Of a stretch of DNA of 20,000 bases, positions 1 through 8,946 are shown piece by piece (positions within the stretch are counted from its first letter, which is position 1; each line of letters begins with the position of its first letter). The notes beneath the pieces are model-generated. The model ran no database searches. It was not told where the DNA came from and was given only the letters and a program-made list of their open reading frames with translations. A program made the translations under genes and the position numbers. The stretch spans positions 6,314 to 26,313 of the forward strand of contig SDNY01000008.1 in assembly GCA_004524535.1 (NCBI GenBank), given 5' to 3'. Source of the stretch: Promethearchaeota archaeon. Its GTDB lineage: Archaea > Asgardarchaeota > Lokiarchaeia > Sigyniarchaeales > SOKP01.

Positions 1-1
1 A

Positions 2-883
2 AAAAGGATATTGCTTTATAATAAAAACGAACATGGATTAAATCCAAATGCTTGCCTTGAAATTACAAACAATACAGCATTAACGCTTGAGAGAGGACCA
101 GTAACAATCATTTACGACGATAATCTTGCCGGTGAAGCGATTATACCTTTTTTAAACAAAGAGGACACTCGCCTTTTGAATTATGCTGTTGAACAAGCGG
201 TTGTAATTAATCATGAAGAAAAATCCCAGAATCAAAAAGTTCACAGATTATCGATTGGAAACGCATATTGCTACGAATATTATTTCACAGATTTAAGAAC
301 TGAATATAAAATTAAGAATAAAACAAATGAAGAGAAAGATCTATACCTAGATCATCCAAAAAAGTCCGGCTATGAAATTAAAGAAAGTCCTGTGGAACCA
401 GAAGAGACACCTAATTATTGGCGTTTTAAACTGAAATTGAAAGAAAAGGAAGCAATTTCTTTTAAAATTAGGGAACGCAGTGAAAATTATTCGAGTTACT
501 ATTTATGGAACTGGACTAAAGACGATATCTTGAGAAGAGTTGATTTTTACGTTAGGCAAAGTTTTATAAATGAGGAATTAGAAGCACAATTGAAAGAAAC
601 AGGCGAATTGATAGGCAAGAAAAGCGATCTTGAAGAAAAGAAGTCCAAACTTGATAACGAACGGTATCAAATGACAGATGAACAAGCAAGAATTCGGGAA
701 AATATTGCAGTTCTAGGAAATACTACTCAAGAATCAAAGCTTAGGGAAAAATATGTACAAAAACTAAGTATTCAAGAAGAAAGATACGAAAATATTTCTG
801 CTGAAATTAACGATTTAGAAAAAGAACTGAAAGTACTCAATAAAGAAATTGATGAGAAGATAAATAACCTTAAATTAAAATAA
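2..883 (+). CDS. C-terminal part of a DUF4139-like protein with a coiled-coil tail (5'-truncated by window edge)
   Basis: Frame is open to the window start (codons from position 2), so the TTG at 11 is unlikely to be the real start. 'LEITNNTALTLERGPVTIIYDD..AGEAIIPFLNKEDTRLLNYAVEQAVVI' resembles the DUF4139 core; C-terminal ~120 aa are heptad-rich K/E coiled coil. Confidence 0.6.
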   Translation, partial: KRILLYNKNEHGLNPNACLEITNNTALTLERGPVTIIYDDNLAGEAIIPFLNKEDTRLLNYAVEQAVVINHEEKSQNQKVHRLSIGNAYCYEYYFTDLRTEYKIKNKTNEEKDLYLDHPKKSGYEIKESPVEPEETPNYWRFKLKLKEKEAISFKIRERSENYSSYYLWNWTKDDILRRVDFYVRQSFINEELEAQLKETGELIGKKSDLEEKKSKLDNERYQMTDEQARIRENIAVLGNTTQESKLREKYVQKLSIQEERYENISAEINDLEKELKVLNKEIDEKINNLKLK

Positions 884-1018
884 AGTTAATTTTTCTTTAT
901 TTTGATATTTCTCCGAGTTGTTAAAAAAAATTTTTAATAAATTTTAATCAAATTTTTAATAAATGAAAAGATTAAAATTATATTAAAAGGTTAGAAATTA
1001 ACATATTTTATCTTCAGA

Positions 1019-1720
1019 ATGACTGTTAAGTCAATAAAAACAGGATTTAGGAGCATTCCTTATCGCAGTGGTTATGTATATAATTGGATGACAAAGAGGC
1101 TTTACGATCAACATAAAAAATTTATGAGTATTGCCAAATTAATAGGAAATGGTTCAAAAAAAGTATTGGATTTACCTTGTGGAACAGGATTTCTAACTCA
1201 TTATTTACCAAATAATATTATTTATGAAGGCTGGGATTTAAATAGAAAATTTCTCATTAAAATAAGAAAAGACTGGAATAGGGGGAAAGCTAAACCAAAA
1301 AAAATAATCTTAAAGCAAAATAATATTTTCAATTTTAATGAATATCCTGATAATGCCGATATAATAGTTTTTTGCGACATTCTTCATCATATCTATCCGA
1401 ATCACATAGATTTAGTTGAGAATGCTAAAAATTTTGCTAAAAAGATAATTATTTGCGAACCAGTAGCAGTAAGACCACAAGACAATATGAATGGTCACGA
1501 CGCATTGGCCAAAACAGTTATTAAAATTAGTAAGTATTTCCCTGAAAAATTAATAAAAATCCTTGATTTTTTATTTGCTGATAATGATGGAATTAACTCA
1601 TTCGAAAAGAGGTCGTGTTGGAAACATACCAACGAGAGCCTTAAAGATTTATATTATAATTTAGGTGTTAATAAGATTTATAATATTTTAGACGATTATA
1701 TCGGTATATGGGAAGCATAA
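1019..1720 (+). CDS. Class I SAM-dependent methyltransferase
   Basis: ATG start; motif I 'VLDLPCGTGFLTHYLP', 'YEGWDLNRKFL', 'ADIIVFCDILHHIYPNH', 'KIIICEPVAV'. Confidence 0.8.
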   Translation: MTVKSIKTGFRSIPYRSGYVYNWMTKRLYDQHKKFMSIAKLIGNGSKKVLDLPCGTGFLTHYLPNNIIYEGWDLNRKFLIKIRKDWNRGKAKPKKIILKQNNIFNFNEYPDNADIIVFCDILHHIYPNHIDLVENAKNFAKKIIICEPVAVRPQDNMNGHDALAKTVIKISKYFPEKLIKILDFLFADNDGINSFEKRSCWKHTNESLKDLYYNLGVNKIYNILDDYIGIWEA

Positions 1721-1810
1721 AATTTTACTTTTAATTTATTAGGGGTTTATTAATTCAAATTTTTAAAGTAAAAAAAATAAATTATGAAATATTAAAAAAA
1801 ATATTATTTT

Positions 1811-2032
1811 TTGGTGAGAAACATGAGCATAGACAAACTAGAAGAAGAAGTTGAGGTATTACAAGATGAAATGGAAGCGTTAGAAGAGAATTGTGATACT
1901 CTAGATCTCTGTAAAGAAGAGGATGGCTGTTCAAGATGTGATGCTTTTAGGAAAATGGAAGAGATTAATGCTAAGATTGAGGAACTGGAAGAGAAAATTG
2001 AAGAATTAATATCGGCTGAAGAAGAAGAATAA
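1811..2032 (+). CDS. Small acidic coiled-coil protein with a central four-cysteine segment; true start probably GTG 1814 or ATG 1823
   Basis: Heptad-like E/L/I-rich helices flank 'NCDTLDLCKEEDGCSRCDAF'; the annotated start is TTG, with GTG and ATG in frame shortly downstream. Confidence 0.6.
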   Translation: MVRNMSIDKLEEEVEVLQDEMEALEENCDTLDLCKEEDGCSRCDAFRKMEEINAKIEELEEKIEELISAEEEE

Positions 2033-2158
2033 ATTGCTTTTTAATTTTAATATTTTTTTTACTTATTATTTTACTCTTATAAATAGCTGCTCTATTAATA
2101 AATAAAGAAAAAAAAAGTGATTCACTTAGAGTGAATTATATTCTTTGTAAACTATATT

Positions 2159-3463
2159 CTATATACCTGACATCTTGTAAAGTTGTCTTAGAGCCATTGA
2201 CATTATGTATTGTTGTATCTGGCGGCTTCCGCCAACGATCTCTTGAATTCGAGAAATATTAAGTAGGTCGTTCATTAATGTATTATCACAGAGTCCAGCA
2301 CCACCCATTAAGTTAGCACTTTCATAGCATATTTCTTTTGATAACGAGGTGGTATGATATTTTAACATTGACGCAGACGCTACTAATGCTTGTGCTATAT
2401 TCTTAGGTAATACACCGCCAAATTTCTCCATTTTCTCGTCGTAGGATTCGCAGAATTTTAATAATCCTAATGTTAAATTAGTAGTTTTAGCCCATAGGTC
2501 AGTCAACGAAAAACCTACACCTTGAAACAGCAAGATCATTTTGTCAAATTGCTTTCTATTGTTGGCATAAATAGCAGCATGAGTAATGGCGTTCCAACAT
2601 TCGCAAATAGACATTATTGCGATTCCAATTCTTTCAGGAACTAATCCTTCAAAAAGATGATCACGACCTTTCCCAACTCCACCTAGGACATACTCTTTGG
2701 GCACTCTCAGATTTTTTAATGTTTCTTTTCCAAGATAGAGTTTCGGTACCCAAGGTATTCCCACTCTTTCGCAAATCCATCCATCCCAGGAAGTATTGAT
2801 CAAGAATTGAGCCATAGTATTACCATTATTCGCTTCTGCAGTTGCGTAAGCTACTGCCCATTTTGATTTTGGAGCGTTCGTATTAAATATTTTTTCTCCA
2901 TTTAAAATAAAACTGCCATCTGGCTGCTCATCACATGTCGTTAATTGGTGGACTGCATCAGAACCTCTTTCTGGTTCCGTAATACAGATGCACCCAGCTG
3001 ATTGACCTGTTACTAAATCCTTGAGTGCGTCTAATCTTACTGGAATGTTCTCGTGATGCTCTTTGATCGGATTAATTGCGAGTACTGTTGCTCCTCCACC
3101 CATTGCGAATTGTGGATCGAAAAATTCTAACGCTAAATTTCTCATAAAGTCAATAGCAGCTCCGGAAGTCTCATAATTTACATCAATCATCGCAAATGGC
3201 TCCGTTCTAGATATATAGCCTTCTTTACCAAAAGCAGGGATCCAATCGTAAATATCTTCTTCAGGACCATGTGTAATGTTATTTTTTTTCTCGAAACGCA
3301 TACAGAACTTTTCAACCTTTTTGAGGAAATTGAATTGTTCTTGATCCAATAGTGCCATGAGGTTATTATTTAAGAAGGAATATCTATTTTTAAGGCTTAA
3401 TTTACCTAAAATCTCGTCGTTAATAGCTTGAACCATATATCTGGGCTTCTTCTCTTCTTCCAT
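2159..3463 (-). CDS. Acyl-CoA dehydrogenase family protein
   Basis: 434 aa, ATG start; 'AGCICITEPERGSDAVH', 'LNGEKIFNTNAPKSKWAVAYA', 'ESANLMGGAGLCDNTLMNDLLNISRIQEIVGGSRQIQQ' match ACAD family landmarks. Confidence 0.85.
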   Translation of the reverse strand: MEEEKKPRYMVQAINDEILGKLSLKNRYSFLNNNLMALLDQEQFNFLKKVEKFCMRFEKKNNITHGPEEDIYDWIPAFGKEGYISRTEPFAMIDVNYETSGAAIDFMRNLALEFFDPQFAMGGGATVLAINPIKEHHENIPVRLDALKDLVTGQSAGCICITEPERGSDAVHQLTTCDEQPDGSFILNGEKIFNTNAPKSKWAVAYATAEANNGNTMAQFLINTSWDGWICERVGIPWVPKLYLGKETLKNLRVPKEYVLGGVGKGRDHLFEGLVPERIGIAIMSICECWNAITHAAIYANNRKQFDKMILLFQGVGFSLTDLWAKTTNLTLGLLKFCESYDEKMEKFGGVLPKNIAQALVASASMLKYHTTSLSKEICYESANLMGGAGLCDNTLMNDLLNISRIQEIVGGSRQIQQYIMSMALRQLYKMSGI

Positions 3464-3611
3464 TTTTTCTTCACGCTTTTTTTTTTGAAATTTTTGAAAT
3501 TTAAGAGATAAATATTTTATATTAAGGAAAATGTGAATTCGTTTTTTAATTTTTTTTCAGAATTAGAAAATTAAGTGTTGAAATTAAATAATCAATTATC
3601 AAGATTAAAAA

Positions 3612-4361
3612 TTAAAAAATGAGATTTCGTAATCTCGAAGAAAATTTTTTTGAAATTGTAAGTGCGGTATCAAATGGACAACGACTTTTAAATAAAATCA
3701 CAGAAATAAAGCTGTCAATTCCGGTCAAACTTAGAATGCCAAAACTTTCAAGAGTTATGAGTTCATTGATTTTGTCATTTCCAATTAAGAAACGAGATTC
3801 TAAGAGCTTTATTATCTCTGAAAGTACATTTGGATACAAATAAGACACAATAACTCTTCCAGTTTGTGTTAATAAGGCTGAAGAAGTCACGAAAGAAGAA
3901 AATGTATGCAATTCATTAATGATTTTTATTAAATCTTTTTCTATTTCCTCAGAAACTAATTTTTTGCTTTTCTCAATAATATCCGTTATGTTATTTTCGA
4001 AATCAAGAAATTTTGAAATTTCGCCATCAAAATTAATATCAAAAGATTCCAAATCGAACTTGCTGAGAAATTGATTTTTGATTTCTCTTAATTGATTTCT
4101 AAGTTCAACCAAATTATCTGTCCTATCTGCGAAAATAGCAAACATTAACTCATCATTTTGAATATTTTCGATTTCAAATATAAATCTAAATTCAGAAACC
4201 TCAATTTCTGATAGTTTCGCCGTTTTTAAAGTTTGTTTTACAAAGGAGAAGATAGCACTTAAAAATTGACTTGTTAATTTAACGTTAAAAATATCCTCGT
4301 AAGTTTTATGAAAAATTAATTCCCCCGTTCTTGCCTTCATTATAAAGATATTTTTGATCAT
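3612..4361 (-). CDS. Longin-like N-terminal plus roadblock/LC7-like C-terminal protein (tentative)
   Basis: N-terminus 'MIKNIFIMKARTGELIFHKTYEDI' has the longin/small adaptin opening pattern; C-terminal 'FSSFVTSSALLTQTGRVIVSYLYP...LSLTGIDSFISVILFKSR' resembles roadblock folds. Antisense ORF 3619-3843 is spurious. Confidence 0.4.
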   Translation of the reverse strand: MIKNIFIMKARTGELIFHKTYEDIFNVKLTSQFLSAIFSFVKQTLKTAKLSEIEVSEFRFIFEIENIQNDELMFAIFADRTDNLVELRNQLREIKNQFLSKFDLESFDINFDGEISKFLDFENNITDIIEKSKKLVSEEIEKDLIKIINELHTFSSFVTSSALLTQTGRVIVSYLYPNVLSEIIKLLESRFLIGNDKINELITLESFGILSLTGIDSFISVILFKSRCPFDTALTISKKFSSRLRNLIF

Positions 4362-4487
4362 AAAACTCAGAAATCTTTTTATTAATCTAAATGACTTTTT
4401 TATATTATTTATAAATTTTTTACTTAAAAATATGTTCGAAACTAAAAATTAGTATTTATTAAAAGAATAGAATTTAAAAAAATTTTT

Positions 4488-5249
4488 TTAAAAGCCATCG
4501 AATTTTGCCCATTCATCCTCTTCATCTTCCTCCTCCTCCTCGTAATCTCGAATTGCCTCACTCTCGTATTGCTCAGGATAATCATCTTCTAACTCAGTTT
4601 CAAATTCATCATCGAAACTTATCATCTTTTCTAAATCAGTAATCGCTTCTTCTGGAGTTGTGACTCTTATTTCTGGGATGGGTTCTTTTTCTCTCTTCTT
4701 TTTCTCTACTAGCTTGAGATAATCCCCATGTATTTTGATAGTAATAGGTGTTTCCTCCTGTAAAAGGCGTACAACAACTTCTTCTGAACTGGAAGTATCA
4801 TGGGGCATTCTCATTACTAAAGCGCGTGAACCCTCGAAAACTCCCGATATAATTTCCACGGTGTCACCAGATTCAAGAAATTCGGTCACGGATCTTGGAA
4901 CGAGAACATGATTAATCTCTTTTAGCTTAATTTGTCCAACTATTCTTCCTTTTATATGAGGGATACCTTGAATTGCTATCTGTACATCCCTCTTCTGTGA
5001 AGCTTCGATGAATATATAACCCGGAAGCAATGGGCTAACCAACATAGCTTTAATGTCTGGAATTACATCTAAAATTTTGAACCGATAAAATATCTGCCTC
5101 AATATATTGCTTTCTTGATTAATTGTTGTTCTAACTGCGAAAAGTGTTGTTAAATCTTCCTTTTCTTCTTCAACGGATTGGTTAGCAATTTCTTCCATGA
5201 TAATATCTTTTTCGCTGCCATCTTTAACTTTTTCTTTTTGATCGGACAT
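4488..5249 (-). CDS. spt5: Transcription elongation factor Spt5/NusG-like (NGN + KOW) with extra N-terminal segment and long acidic C-terminal tail
   Basis: 'LFAVRTTINQESNILRQIF...ISPLLPGYIFIEA-like block, 'GIPHIKGRIVGQI', 'ESGDTVEIISGVFEGSRALVMRM' KOW motif; tail 'DYEEEEEDEEDEWAKFDGF'. Confidence 0.85.
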   Translation of the reverse strand: MSDQKEKVKDGSEKDIIMEEIANQSVEEEKEDLTTLFAVRTTINQESNILRQIFYRFKILDVIPDIKAMLVSPLLPGYIFIEASQKRDVQIAIQGIPHIKGRIVGQIKLKEINHVLVPRSVTEFLESGDTVEIISGVFEGSRALVMRMPHDTSSSEEVVVRLLQEETPITIKIHGDYLKLVEKKKREKEPIPEIRVTTPEEAITDLEKMISFDDEFETELEDDYPEQYESEAIRDYEEEEEDEEDEWAKFDGF

Positions 5250-5438
5250 TATTTTTTCATTTTTTCCTTATTTAATTTGGGTTTGTTTAAAAATTTATAA
5301 GAGAAATAAGGTATATATTAAAGAAGGTAATTATAAATTTTAAATTTTGTTTTTTTAGAGGGATTCTAAATATAATAGTAATAAAATTTAATTAATAATA
5401 GATTAAATTACATTAATAAAATTTTCGAAAATTAAATT

Positions 5439-5831
5439 CTAAAATGGTATTTTATTAATGTCAAGGATATCGGGAATTCTTCTATTCCGAGTAAGCCATG
5501 ATATTTCACTTTTCATATAACGCCAAGTGATTTCACATTTTCCAAGCTTATCCTTCATTTCAGTTTCCCATTCCCATGGAGATACAATAACTAGATCGCC
5601 AATACGGATCCATACTCGTTTTTTAATTTTCCCTCGTATTCTTCCTATTCTATGTTTCTCATCCTCACAGAATACTTCCATTCGGTCATTACCTAATATT
5701 GAAACCACTCTTCCGAACATTTCTCCAATTCTGCGATTCGGCATCTTTATTCTTGATGGGATTATCTCGTCAGGTTTACTAGAATAAGTTCGACGACCTT
5801 TTTTAGCTTGCTTTTTTTTCTTTTTAGCCAT
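5439..5831 (-). CDS. eif1A: Translation initiation factor aIF1A
   Basis: 'RMEVFCEDEKHRIGRIRGKIKKRVWIRIGDLVIVSPWEWE...KCEITWRYMKSEISWL' is the characteristic S1/OB-fold of aIF1A/eIF1A; ATG start, lysine-rich N-terminus. Confidence 0.93.
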   Translation of the reverse strand: MAKKKKKQAKKGRRTYSSKPDEIIPSRIKMPNRRIGEMFGRVVSILGNDRMEVFCEDEKHRIGRIRGKIKKRVWIRIGDLVIVSPWEWETEMKDKLGKCEITWRYMKSEISWLTRNRRIPDILDINKIPF

Positions 5832-5887
5832 GTTTAAATACTTAAAATTATTGATTTTTTTTTTATTTAATTTTTTAATGTTTTTGG

Positions 5888-6163
5888 TTATTCAATTTTA
5901 TCATCTGGTTTATATTCCCCTTTAATAAATACGATTTTTATCGGAGTTGAGGAATCATTTCCTATATTATGAAGTTCTTTTGGTTCACATAAAAAAACAC
6001 TTCCTTGAGGCGCTGGATATTCCTTGTCGTCTATAATCATAATGCCGTCACCTTCAACAAAGAAGAATGTTTCATCAATAACATTATGACCATGAGCTTT
6101 TCCTCCCATTTTTTCTCCTGGTTTAAGTCTTATTACACCCCAATCGATCGAGGGGCCTCTCAT
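5888..6163 (-). CDS. Cupin domain protein (N-terminus may extend upstream to about 6220)
   Basis: 'IRLKPGEKMGGKAHGHNVIDETFFFVEGDGIMIIDDKEYPAPQGSVFLCEPKELHNIGN' cupin motifs 1 and 2. Frame continues upstream of the ATG as IKKVHENDFEYRDGKVKYL. Confidence 0.8.
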   Translation of the reverse strand: MRGPSIDWGVIRLKPGEKMGGKAHGHNVIDETFFFVEGDGIMIIDDKEYPAPQGSVFLCEPKELHNIGNDSSTPIKIVFIKGEYKPDDKIE

Positions 6164-6505
6164 TAAATATTTGACCTTACCATCCCTATACTCAAAATCA
6201 TTCTCGTGAACTTTTTTAATAGTTAATCACCGATAATTTCTTATTTCGTTCAAAATCGATTTATCTATTTAAAAAATTAATACAAAAGTTAGCTGCCGTA
6301 TAGTAATATAAAATACAAAGAAAATAAATGTTTTGTAATACATTACTCTAATTTTTAAAAATAATGTGGAATTTATAAGTTAAGGTATGGAGTATTAAAT
6401 TGTTATGGGATTTACAACATGCAAACACTCATTCAAAAAAGGGCATTACATTGCCAAAATATTTCTTAAAAAATAGATAATAATATAGGGGATAAAAACT
6501 TAATT

Positions 6506-6781
6506 TTAATCTTGTTTTGATTGTTCTATTAGTTCTTTAACTTTTTTTTTGATAGGATCATCATCAGGTTTTTCTTCAAAAAATTTTATAAGATAATAAA
6601 GTTTATCCTCAACAGAATCCTTTTCGTAGAATTTTATAAAGTATTCTTGGTTTGGAAAAAGTTTTTTATTATTAATCAAGAATTTAGGGATTGATAGATT
6701 GAATTGCCTTTTGCTTTTTGCCCTAATAGTTCCATAGAAAGACGCTACCAACCGATCCTCTTCATTTTTAAAAGGATTCAT
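6506..6781 (-). CDS. Hypothetical protein, 91 aa
   Basis: ATG start, clean ORF with coding-like composition; 'YGTIRAKSKRQFNLSIPKFLIN' faintly resembles AbrB/SpoVT-like strands. Confidence 0.45.
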   Translation of the reverse strand: MNPFKNEEDRLVASFYGTIRAKSKRQFNLSIPKFLINNKKLFPNQEYFIKFYEKDSVEDKLYYLIKFFEEKPDDDPIKKKVKELIEQSKQD

Positions 6782-6920
6782 ACAATTAACTTAGTATAAA
6801 AGAGTATTTATTTTTTTTTCTTTTTTTGAGATCTCATTTGATACCTCTTTTGAGGAATCATTTAAATATTCTAGAAAATAATAATATTTTGAAAACAAAT
6901 TTCCAAAATTTAGGAATAGG

Positions 6921-7061
6921 GGAGTAGGTGAAACAACAGCAGAAAAAATAGTAGTTAATGCCCGAAAATGTAAGAATATGAAATTTGAATTGGGGATAGA
7001 TATATGGGAGAAGAGTTTAAAGGCATTAACTACTAACAGTTCTGAATTTGATATTCTTATA
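6921..7061 (+). pseudogene. Decayed fragment resembling archaeal RadA/Rad51 N-terminal HhH domain and linker
   Basis: Plus-strand frame from 6921 reads GVGETTAEKIVVNARKCKNMKFELGIDIWEKSLKALTTNSSEFDILI. It follows the RadA pattern G-[IV]-x-E-x-x-A-x-K-[IM]-x-x-x-A-R...F-x-x-G-[IV]-[DE]...L-[ST]-T-x-S-[ST]-E-[LF]-D. A TAA lies upstream, there is no start, and there is no Walker A region downstream. Confidence 0.55.
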
Positions 7062-8268
7062 ATGCATTTAAAAGAATTTCTTTTAGGGTTTGTTTATCCG
7101 TATCTCTTGGATTATTAGCTAAAGAACTTCCCGTAGTATCTTTTACAATGTCATCGATATCTTCTTCTCTAATTCCTACATCGCTAAGATGAAGCGGAAT
7201 TCCGATATACTGGAATATATCCTTAATTTTTTCAATTATCCATTTAGCTTTTCCTTTTTTATCGGTTGGCATTAATTTTGGGCACTCCCCATAATCCGTA
7301 AGAATTTTTTCTTTATTAAATAATTCGGCAATCCACGCATACTTCTCTGCTACATTATTTAATGGTCTATTATACTCCATAACATATGGTAGAAGAAGTC
7401 CGCAAATTAAACCATGAGGCAATTCGTACTTTATTCCTATAGGATGTGCAAAACCGTGAACTGCTCCTAGCTTTCCGTTTGCGAAAGATAACCCATCTAG
7501 CAAGCTACCGAGCATCATTTTCTCTCTTAGGTCAATGTTTGCTAAATCTGCATATATTTTAGGCAAATTTGGCCCTAACAATTTAATTGCTTCCTTAGCA
7601 AAGAAAACTGAGATAAAATTTGAACCCTTTGAAACTAGTGATTCTATTGCTTGAACTAAAGCATCCGCACCAGCGTAAGCAGTGTACTTTTTTGGTAAAG
7701 ATAATGTAATTTTAGGATCTAATAGTGCTAAACTTGCCCATAATCCTCTGATACTTTTTTTAACACCAGAATTTTCATCTTTAATTACAGCATTGTTAGT
7801 GACCTCAGAGCCCGTGCCTGAAGTTGAAGGGATTAATATAAATGGTAATGGGGATTTTAAAAATTCTTTCCCTGCATGATAATCTTCTACAATTCCCCCA
7901 TTTGTTACCAAACCAGCTATACCTTTCGCTGTATCCATAACACTCCCTCCGCCAATGCCAACGATAACATTTGCTTTTTGATCGAGAGCAATTTCTTTTC
8001 CTTCATTTAAAATTGTAGTAGTGGGTTCTTTCCCTGCTTTATCATAAATTTCTAAGTCAATTTTTAAATCCTCTAAACTAGTTCTTATTTTTTCTAAATA
8101 ACCAGACCTTTTTAAAGAACTTTTACCTATAATTAAAAAGGTTTTAGGATGTTCAATTCCTTTTGGTTTTAAAGTATTTACAATTTCTTGACTTAATTCG
8201 ACAATCCGGCCTTTACCAAAAATAATTTTAGGACAAATAAAATTGAATATAATTTCAGAAAATTCCAT
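7057..8268 (-). CDS. Iron-containing alcohol dehydrogenase family protein
   Basis: 'VGIGGGSVMDTAKGIA', 'IPSTSGTGSEVTNNAVI', 'YAGADALVQAIESLVS', 'GAVHGFAHPIG', 'LPHGLICGLLLPYVMEYN'. Confidence 0.92.
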   Translation of the reverse strand: MEFSEIIFNFICPKIIFGKGRIVELSQEIVNTLKPKGIEHPKTFLIIGKSSLKRSGYLEKIRTSLEDLKIDLEIYDKAGKEPTTTILNEGKEIALDQKANVIVGIGGGSVMDTAKGIAGLVTNGGIVEDYHAGKEFLKSPLPFILIPSTSGTGSEVTNNAVIKDENSGVKKSIRGLWASLALLDPKITLSLPKKYTAYAGADALVQAIESLVSKGSNFISVFFAKEAIKLLGPNLPKIYADLANIDLREKMMLGSLLDGLSFANGKLGAVHGFAHPIGIKYELPHGLICGLLLPYVMEYNRPLNNVAEKYAWIAELFNKEKILTDYGECPKLMPTDKKGKAKWIIEKIKDIFQYIGIPLHLSDVGIREEDIDDIVKDTTGSSLANNPRDTDKQTLKEILLNAL

Positions 8269-8418
8269 AATTACTTAATAGGCTAATTTATTTTTATAGA
8301 TAAATATTTAATGAGTATAAATAAATATTTTCAGTTATATCTTCGTCTTCAATGGTTATTTCTTCATTAAGATATAGATTTTAAATCAAATACCATTTGT
8401 TTGTTAACTTTTAATTCT

Positions 8419-8946
8419 TTAATGCTTTAAAAAAATAGTTTTAATAATATATCTTGTTAAACTCTCAAATGCATTTTCAACATTTAGCCCCGTTTTAGAA
8501 GATGTAATCATATAATCGAACAGATTGTATTTTTCTTTATGATATAATATATAATCTTCATCTAAACTTTGTTCCTCAACCAAATCAGCCTTTGTCCCTA
8601 AGAATATTATGGGTAAGTTTGGATCTTTCGATCTACAAATATTTACCCATTGTTCTATATTTTCTAAAGTTATTGCGCGAGTTAAATCAAACATTAGAAG
8701 AGCTCCTTTAGCTCCTATAACATAATTCTCCAATAAAAAGCGAAATCGTTCCTGTCCACCAAAATCCCAGATTTGTAGAATAACATCAAATCCATCAATG
8801 TTTAGTTCTTTTATAGAGAACTGAACTCCTATAGTCATCTTAGTGTCTGCCAGAAACTCTCCCTCAATGTATTTGTGAAGTAGAGTGGTTTTCCCCACAC
8901 CGCCATCACCGCTTGTAAGTATTTTAAGTACGAGAGGTCTACTCAT
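8419..8946 (-). CDS. Ras-superfamily small GTPase (Rab/Rho/Arf-like)
   Basis: G1 'GDGGVGKTT', G2-region 'TKMTIGVQF', G3 'WDFGGQERFR', G4 'LGTKADL', G5-like 'SSKTG'; ATG start. Confidence 0.95.
   Translation of the reverse strand: MSRPLVLKILTSGDGGVGKTTLLHKYIEGEFLADTKMTIGVQFSIKELNIDGFDVILQIWDFGGQERFRFLLENYVIGAKGALLMFDLTRAITLENIEQWVNICRSKDPNLPIIFLGTKADLVEEQSLDEDYILYHKEKYNLFDYMITSSKTGLNVENAFESLTRYIIKTIFLKH

Noticed and set aside
2617-2799. Plus-strand 60-aa ORF
   Set aside because: Antisense shadow of the acyl-CoA dehydrogenase gene.
3619-3843. Plus-strand ORF inside the longin/roadblock-like gene
   Set aside because: Fully antisense to a longer, better-supported ORF; shadow ORF.
5527-5787. 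Plus-strand 86-aa ORF
   Set aside because: Antisense shadow of aIF1A.
6240-6500. Unassigned AT-rich spacer with a short open stretch (YGVLNCYGIYNMQTLIQKRALHCQNIS)
   Set aside because: No recognisable motif, no start context, and too short to support a gene or pseudogene call.
7682-7879. Plus-strand 65-aa ORF
   Set aside because: Antisense shadow of the iron-containing alcohol dehydrogenase.
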